The position numbers and the translations under genes were made by a program. Below, piece after piece: positions 55,232 through 64,000 of a stretch of 64,000 nt of DNA. Each line of letters begins with the position of its first letter. Position 1 is the stretch's first letter. Under the pieces are notes generated by a model. It worked only from the letters and a program-made list of their open reading frames with translations, had not been told where the DNA came from and searched no databases. Origin of the DNA: Octopus vulgaris (Eukaryota); the NCBI GenBank assembly GCA_951406725.2, contig OX597826.1, forward strand, positions 82,274,001 through 82,338,000, written 5' to 3'.

Positions 55232-55572
55232 AAGAAAGGGAGGAGAACGAAACGCCCTTGTTGCGCTATGAATTGATAAAAGGAATACAAAGAAAGGCTA
55301 TTTATTCAAAGAAATTATCTCTGCAGAAGCACAGAGTTATGACGCCTGAAATAAAGTGATTTCTAATGAAGGAACACAATGTAGATGTATTGCAACAATT
55401 CTACAGTTTGCAAGGCTCTCTGTCGCTGTGAAGTCTTACACAACATTTATGGAACTGAACATGTTATAATAGAAATTAACAGGATTTATCAAAATTACGT
55501 AATGGCTTACAGAATTCACTAACATTTTTGAACTTGTCTGAATTTCTCGAAAAAGAAAATACGTGGCCTGGC

Positions 55573-57159
55573 GAAATTGTAGGGTCTGCACCATTAGAAT
55601 ATGCTATAGAACTTGTAGGGTCTGCACCGGTAGAATATGATATAGAACTTGTAGGGTCTGCACCGGTAGAATATGATATAGAACTTGTAGGGTCTGCACC
55701 GGTAGAATATGATATAGAACTTGTAGGGTCTGCACCGGTAGAATATGATATAGAACTTGTAGGGTCTGCACCGGTAGAATATGATATAGAATTTGTAGGG
55801 TCTGCACCGGTAGAATATGATATAGAACTTGTAGGGTCTGCACCGGTAGAATATGATATAGAACTTGTAGGGTCTGCACCGGTAGAATATGATATAGAAC
55901 TTGTAGGGTCTGCACCGGTAGAATATGATATAGAACTTGTAGGGTCTGCACCGGTAGAATATGATATAGAACTTGTAGGGTCTGCACCGGTAGAATATGA
56001 TATAGAACTTGTAGGGTCTGCACCGGTAGAATATGATATAGAACTTGTAGGGTCTACACCGGTAGAATATGATATAGAACTTGTAGGGTCTGCACCGGTA
56101 GAATATGATATAGAACTTGTAGGGTCTGCACCGGTAGAATATGATATAGAACTTGTAGGGTCTGCACCGGTAGAATATGATATAGAACTTGTAGGGTCTG
56201 CACCGGTAGAATATGATATAGAACTTGTAGGGTCTGCACCGGTAGAATATGATATAGAACTTGTAGGGTCTGCACCGGTAGAATATGATATAGAACTTGT
56301 AGGGTCTACACCATTAGATTATGATATAGAACTTGTAGGGTCTGCACCGGTAGAATATGATATAGAATTTGTAGGGTCTGCACCGGTAGAATATGATATA
56401 GAACTTGTAGGGTCTGCACCGGTAGAATATGATATAGAACTTGTAGGGTCTGCACCGGTAGAATATGATATAGAACTTGTAGGGTCTGCACCGGTAGAAT
56501 ATGATATAGAACTTGTAGGGTCTGCACCGGTAGAATATGATATAGAACTTGTAGGGTCTACACCATTAGATTATGATATAGAACTTGTAGGGTCTGCACC
56601 GGTAGAATATGATATAGAATTTGTAGGGTCTGCACCGGTAGAATATGATATAGAACTTGTAGGGTCTGCACCGGTAGAATATGATATAGAACTTGTAGGG
56701 TCTGCACCGGTAGAATATGATATAGAACTTGTAGGGTCTGCACCATTAGAATATGATATAGAATTTGTAGGGTCTGCACCGGTAGAATATGATATAGAAC
56801 TTGTCGGGTCTGCACCGGTAGAATATGATATAGAACTTGTAGGGTCTGCACCGGTAGAATATGATATAGAACTTGTAGGGTCTGCACCGGTAGAATATGA
56901 TATAGAACTTGTAGGGTCTGCACCGGTAGAATATGATATAGAACTTGTAGGGTCTGCACCGGTAGAATATGATATAGAACTTGTAGGGTCTGCACCGGTA
57001 GAATATGATATAGAATTTGTAGGGTCTGCACCGGTAGAATATGATATAGAACTTGTAGGGTCTGCACCGGTAGAATATGATATAGAACTTGTAGGGTCTG
57101 CACCATTAGAATATGATATAGAATTTGTAGGGTCTGCACCGGTAGAATATGATATAGAA
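55573..57159. repeat. Minisatellite with a 36-bp unit gaacttgtagggtctgcaccggtagaatatgatata, about 44 copies
   Basis: Head-to-tail, highly homogeneous units with no spacers. It explains the 555-aa (ELVGSAPVEYDI)n ORF. Confidence 0.98.
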
Positions 57160-58315
57160 CAGTTTACATTTAGCTTGCGTAGATTTGCGAGATAAGAAAT
57201 CGTACATTTAAGTAGTGACGTTTTTTCTAAGAGAAAATAAACTTTTTTCAACCGATCGAACTATTATTCTCCTAAGCTAAATACCCAGTTTTAAAACATG
57301 TGTCCCCTTTCTCTTGATGACAAACAAAAGTTTTCCAAACTCATTACCTTCATCATGTTTTTTGAAGTTGTGCCGTACACAACGTGTTTTAAGGTTGGCT
57401 GTGTCTAAAGCAGACAAGCTTTTGTGACCAGCTTCGCTTATGCATTTAGACCAGGTTGTGGAAAATTCGTCTTTGCTGTTGAGACGAAACAACCTGATTG
57501 CCTTTGTCAGCGTCAGCTGTTCAGAATTAATTTAATGAGTGTTTATTGTAGCTTTTGTAAAATATGAAAACTTAGTCTCAGAGAATGACTTGTTGGAAAG
57601 AAAATCTCTGTCAAACTGAGCCAAGATAACGTTGCATTAAAACACGTGCTTCAAAAATTCTAGAAAGACGCAAACGGATGTCGTGAAGTCATCAGGAAGA
57701 TTTTTACACGACTTAAGAAAATTCCGATAAAACTTCAATCCATGTGCTATGGTTTTGTGTATATCAGTAAGAATTACGCATGTCTCCCACAAAGCTTTGC
57801 GTTTCAAGTATCCCTCCACAAAATTGGATGACTTCGTTTGTGGTTATTGCTGTTGTTGTTGTTGTGGTCGTCATGGTTATCATTTTTGTTCAGTAATCCT
57901 ATCTCAAGTTTGATCGAAGAGATTTATGACCAAACACATTCCTGTCTTCGGCTTTCTGCTTATTTGTATTTTTGGAGCCGTATTGTCGAACATGTTTATT
58001 GCTTTCCAAATGGTATGCGTCGGTTCGTAGGGAGAGTTGACATCTATTTCTAGCATATTGAGCTTCGCGTATGGGTAATCGCTTTACATTATAAATATAT
58101 ACGCTTTGCGTTATAAATTTCTCACACACTTTAGTTGCAAACAGCAGAGATAACAGAGCGATTACGAAGAGAGAGACGGGAAAAATTGTTATGGAATCAA
58201 GGAGACTTATTTCTGATCCGCTTAACTCGATAATATACGAAATTAAGATTCGATCCTTTGAGACTCGGAAATTATTGACAACTTAACTACAGCAATGTAT
58301 ATAGCTGTATGTGTG

Positions 58316-58364
<49 letters not shown>

Positions 58365-58477
58365 TGGCATGACTGTATGTGTGTGTGTGTGTTTTGCATT
58401 GCGTGTCAATGAACGTCATTCGTGATTATGTGTGCATGTTTCGGTATAAATTACTTTTGGGAGGTGTAGATGTCTGT

Positions 58478-58516
<39 letters not shown>

Positions 58517-59165
58517 AACAAGCATATATGTATATTTTTATATAAATGCGCACGCAAATATATATATATATATGTGTATGTATATATTAAATATACATGC
58601 ATACACATATATATGCGCGTGTTTGTATGTGGGGACGTTTATGCATATGTGAATGCGTGTATGTGTGTATGTATGTGTGCATGTAAATGTCTGCATGCGT
58701 GCGTCTGTTTGTGTATATGTATGTGTGTGGGGTTCCGTGTGTATGTGTGTGTGTGCATTTGAGAGTGTGTGTCATCGGTTTTGTGGGGGTGTATACAAGG
58801 GCGAATGTTGATAATCAAACTTTTCTGACGAAACAATCAGATTCATAAATTGAAACTTCGCATTTCATTTTCTAGTCTTTGACTAAAGTATATAGCACAC
58901 ACACACACACACATAAATATGAGGACGCTCATACAAGCATACACACATTTACAGGCACACAAACGCCATGTATATACATAAGCGCCGAGAAACGAGCCTC
59001 ACCATATATATATATATGTGTGTGCATACACACATTCAAATATACACATATACATATATATATACACATTCATACATATATATATATGTACATATATATG
59101 TATATATATATATATATACATACATATATATATACATACATATATATATATATACATACACATAT

Positions 59166-59214
<49 letters not shown>

Positions 59215-59463
59215 TATATATATATATATGCTCATGTACAAATTAATATACACTTGACAATATCCAAACACCTCTCTATCTATATATATATACACATATG
59301 AGTACACAAACATTGTCTTCTACATATACATATATATACACACGTATATACATATATATGTTTATTTATGTATATAGTTGGGTTTATGTGAGCGTGTATA
59401 TTTGTTATATAAGTATATACATATATGTGTGACTGTCACTATATGTGTATTTGCACATATATA

Positions 59464-59524
<61 letters not shown>

Positions 59525-60206
59525 TATTAGATATATACACGTATATTTACAAGCACAAACATACATTGATAAGCACATACCCACATCTATATATACATAC
59601 ACTCATATGTGCATACATATGTACAGACAGCAGCTGAGTGTTAAGAATCGCTTTAATATCTTAAAAGGGGCTTTAGTAAATATAATTTCCAGAGGAATTA
59701 ACGCCTAGCTTTCTTTCAATTCGTTGTTTTTTTCTATCTCTACCTTTTATAGCACTTTTCTTTGTATTTGTTGTTGTTGTTGTTGTTTTCCCTGCATTTA
59801 CAGAGAGTGCTAAACATTAAATAGCAACAATAAAAGCAGAAATAATGACGTTAGAAATATAGCAGAAATGGAAGGCCAGACGCATCACCAAAACCAGCAT
59901 GATCGCCATCGTGGTTGTATCGTCATCGTCATCATCATTTTTAATGTTACCACTGTATTTTTTCTTATGGTATTTATTATGGCTGTTGCTGATATCGATA
60001 GTGTTGTCATTGGCAATCATATTACTGAAGAAATCAGTTTTATTCTTTCTCTTCCTCCGCATTTTTATTTCTTCTTCTCTGACATTCGCCAACCAACAAA
60101 ATCACTATCACCGCTGTCGCCGTCGTCGTAGTAGTCATCGTTATCGTCAACTTCGTTATCATCATCATCATCATTATTATTATTATCATCATCATTATTA
60201 TTATTA

Positions 60207-60296
<90 letters not shown>

Positions 60297-60340
60297 CATA
60301 AAGGAAATATGTTTTTATTTATTATTATTATGATTACTCT

Positions 60341-60729
60341 AGCTGGCAGAACCGTTAGCACGCCGGGCGAAATGCTTCGCGGTATTTCGTCTGCTGCTAC
60401 GTTCTGAGTTCAAATTCCGCCGAGGTCGACGTTGCCTTTCATTCTTTCGGGGTCGATTAAATAAGTACCAGTTACGCACTGGGGTCGATATAATCGACTT
60501 AATCCGTTTGTCTGTCCTTGTTTGTCCCCTCTATGTTTAGCCCCTTGTGGGCAGTAAAGAAATAGGCATTTCGTCTGTTTTTACTTTCTGAGTTGAAATC
60601 CCGCCGAGGTCGACTTTGCCTTTTATCCTTTCGGTGTCAATAATCAAAATACCAGTTGCGTCCTGGGGTCGATCTAATCAACTGGCCCCCGGCCTCAAAA
60701 TTTCGGGCCTTGTGCCTAGAGTAAAAAAG

Positions 60730-60770
<41 letters not shown>

Positions 60771-60950
60771 TTGAGATGGCAGAATCGTTAGCATGCCAAG
60801 CAAGACGCTCTGAGTTCAAATTCTCCCGGGGTTGATTTATGCTTTCGTCATTTCGGGCTCGATAAAATAAGTCCCAGATGATCTCTGGTGTCGATATAAT
60901 CGATTTGCCTCCTCCAACGAACTTGCCTGCATTGAGCTAAAATTTGAAAT
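60341..60950 (+). mobile_element. Three consecutive family-1 SINE copies (60341-60563 type A, 60565-60731 type B, 60772-60950 diverged)
   Basis: Three occurrences of the ctgagtt(c/g)aaat...gtcga...ttcgg core, embedded in (ATT)n runs. Confidence 0.88.
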
Positions 60951-61146
60951 TATTGTTATTGTTGTTGTTGTTGTTGTTGATTTTGATATTATTATTATCT
61001 TTATTATTTACTACCACTACAACTTTAGCTGCAACATTGTTTTAAAAGCTAAAAGTAAGACAGAAAAATATTATCCATGCAATAAATATTGTCATTTCAT
61101 ATATTTGTGTAGTGTGTGTCACTGTATGAATGTGCATATAAATATA

Positions 61147-61240
<94 letters not shown>

Positions 61241-61242
61241 CA

Positions 61243-61277
<35 letters not shown>

Positions 61278-61895
61278 GAATGCATGTATGTATGAATGTA
61301 TGTATGTATGTATGTATGTATGCATGTATGTATGTATGTATGTATATATATATGTATATATACACACACACAAATATACGTACATATATATCTTCACTCA
61401 CACAGATAAGCACACCTATGTATGTACAACAAAGATGAAACGTTTTCCTGGTAATATTTCATGAGAAATCTTTCTTCTTCTTCTTAGGCGGCCTCACTTA
61501 ATAAACTGACAATGTCGGTGTACATGAGTGGTTTGCCATCAATGACTTAAGTCAGAAGATAATCCGGGGCTTTTAGTTACGTTGCAGCTATTTTATTCCC
61601 AATATTTCACATCTCTGTCATATGTACATTTTACACTTTGAAATGATTACATCAGACCGTCAGTTCACTTGTCGGATGCCGGGTGGGACCGTGCTGGGTG
61701 GGACCGTGCTGCACACAGCGGAATTTTCATAAGTGATTCTGGACACACGTGACATATGCAACTGCAAAAACGTCTGTCTGTCTCTGTCTGCATCTCTCCT
61801 TCTACATACCGCACATACACACACACGTGGGTGTACAGGCAAATATACATATATATACATAGATACACACATACACGCACATATAAATCTCTTTC

Positions 61896-61936
<41 letters not shown>

Positions 61937-63304
61937 ATATCTATCTATCTATTTCTACTCTCCCTCTCTCTATACACATACACACACATACATGTATATA
62001 TGCATTTATATCCATGATATGTACGTCCATTTGTGCTCGGAAGTTGCTCTACCAACTATAGCTGAAATAGATAAAGAGGAGAATGCTGTTAGATTCTAAG
62101 GGGACCAAATGAAAATTGCGACAGATCACTCGAGAGTGATTTCATACGGCGAATGCTTGTCCTGTCGTAACCTGTGTAAGTAACGTGTGACGAAACGAAT
62201 TAAATGACACGAAGACACTGAATAATAAACACGAATCTTTGCAACAACACTTCAACGCAAATAAGGTTTTTTCATCTATGAATTTCTTTGGGGAGGCTTA
62301 AATATAAAATAACGTACGTATATTTTCTGCAGGAAGCGTGTAAATGAAAGAATGAAAAAAACGTCACTAGAAGTATGTGTGACAAGGTTTTAAAACTTGT
62401 GAACACTGGAAAGAAAGGCATAACATTAAAAAATATCTACCACATTCTTGTGCTGTAGTGGCAAACAGGTTTTTGCTATTGGCATTCGGTGGCAGACATT
62501 GCTAAATTTGCACGAACTCACCTCGTCGTAAGGACAAACGTGCTCACATTTTTAGTTTGTACTTTAAAAGTACAAACAATAAATTCGACAGGAAAAACAG
62601 TTTAATTGTAACAGGTAGTATTCGTGTTACATAAGGCAATCAGGTTAAACTGTTCTCTTACGTTCGAACTAGAAAATCATAGAGTTTGAAGATATTTCTA
62701 ACGTAGGAAATAAACACATCAGATTGTTATGTGTTCTTTTTTTTTTTTACAACAGATGATGCGCGGTTCGAATCCTGCAAATAACCGGAATCGTTAACCC
62801 AATATATTATAATTTGTTTCTGAATTCGGTCCAAGATTCTACATATAATCAAACTTTCTTTCGGTTGTGGAAACAAAGCATTGAATTTGATGTAAGAACG
62901 ATGGAATATCGTTTTGCTATAATTGCTAGCATATTTGTTTTTGGTTACACAAGATAAGGGGTTCTAATTCTGAAAGGAACATCCAACCATTCTTAGTTAT
63001 ATGCCGCTTAATATATCATGAGCTATTATTTATAGATGCATTAACTCCATTGGTTTCGAGACACAGCTTTACACGCGCACACATCTATATAAATATAGGA
63101 ATTTACCCTTCTATACACTAATGCCATAAGAATTTATAACATGAATAACTAAATTGGGGACATTAACAACGATAAGCCGTGTTTACAAATTGAGGAACAA
63201 GCTTCACACTGAAAGATTAATTCGCACTGACACTTTACTAGGTGTGATGCTTAGATATAACATTCTTCACGTCACTGAATGAGATTTATGCAATATAAAT
63301 ACAT

Positions 63305-63335
<31 letters not shown>

Positions 63336-63438
63336 TACACACATACATACATGCATACATACATACATATATACATACATATATATATACATATATATTT
63401 ATACATATATATATATATATATAAAGAATACAAATCAC

Positions 63439-63501
<63 letters not shown>

Positions 63502-63517
63502 TATATATATATATATA

Positions 63518-63878
63518 CGTTGCACTCCGTCGGTTACGACGACGAGGGTTCCAGTTGATCCGATCAACGGAACAGCCTGCTCATGAAATTAACATGCAAG
63601 TGGCTGAGCACTCCACAGACAAGTGTACCATTAAGGTAGTTCTCGTGAGATTCAGCGTGACCCAGCTGGTCCTTTGAAATACACCTACAACAGAAGCAGG
63701 ATGAAAGAGTGAGAGAAAGTTGTGGTGAAGGAGTACAGCAGGGTTCACCACAACCCCCTGCCGGAACTTTGTGGAGCTTTAGGTATTTTCGCTCAATAAA
63801 CACTCACAACGCCCGGTCTTGGAATCGAAACCGCGATCCTGCGACTGTGAGTCTTTTGCCCTAACCACTGGGTCATTG

Positions 63879-63881
<3 letters not shown>
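63518..63881 (-). mobile_element. tRNA-derived SINE, family 3
   Basis: Reverse complement begins ggcgcaatgacccagtggttagggc (A box) ... ggtttcgattcc (B box). About 360 bp, ending at (TA)n. Confidence 0.75.
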
Positions 63882-63947
<66 letters not shown>

Positions 63948-64000
63948 TACACAACTGCATTAATAAAATTCAATTCTTTCGATTCTTTGCTTCCTTCATG

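Noticed and set aside
55573-57159. 36-bp repeat array as a CRISPR
   Set aside because: The units are contiguous with no unique spacers, there are no cas genes, and the context is eukaryotic.
57277-57819. Two in-line minus-strand ORFs as a host exon
   Set aside because: They are interrupted by stops, have non-ATG starts and show no recognisable homology.
61665-61761. Minus-strand candidate exon (tttttgcag acceptor ... caa|gtgaac) with a 15-bp tandem duplication
   Set aside because: The donor is weak, the peptide is unrecognised, and no neighbouring exons can be supported.
63800-63881. tRNA gene
   Set aside because: A and B boxes are present but the sequence continues into a SINE body and no convincing cloverleaf forms.

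Overview
AT-rich, intron/intergenic-type eukaryotic DNA saturated with microsatellites ((TA)n, (CA)n, (GA)n, (CATA)n and trinucleotide runs) and decayed transposons. The tRNA-derived SINE families resemble those I recall from octopus genomes, so a cephalopod origin is likely (inference). I could not support any intact host protein-coding gene, and most ORFs in the track are microsatellite translations. Recognisable elements: a Merlin/IS1016-type DNA transposon whose 3' end is tandemly triplicated, a near full-length mariner with TIRs, a Tc1/mariner MITE, Tigger/pogo and maT-like fragments, RTE, R4/Dong-like, L1/Tx1-like and CR1/L2-type LINE remnants, a Penelope-like RT fragment, about 14 SINE copies and a 36-bp minisatellite. 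The most interesting signal is a set of minimal type-I hammerhead ribozyme motifs (CTGANGA...GAAA-palindrome-TA) in short non-coding inserts sitting in microsatellites. One of these is a perfect 76-bp-arm palindrome carrying a hammerhead on each strand. Several unrelated inserts share the architecture (TA)n / inverted arm / spacer / arm / unique tail / (TA)n. A second signal is a 3' tail with a compensated stem-loop shared between one SINE subfamily and the L1/Tx1-like LINE.
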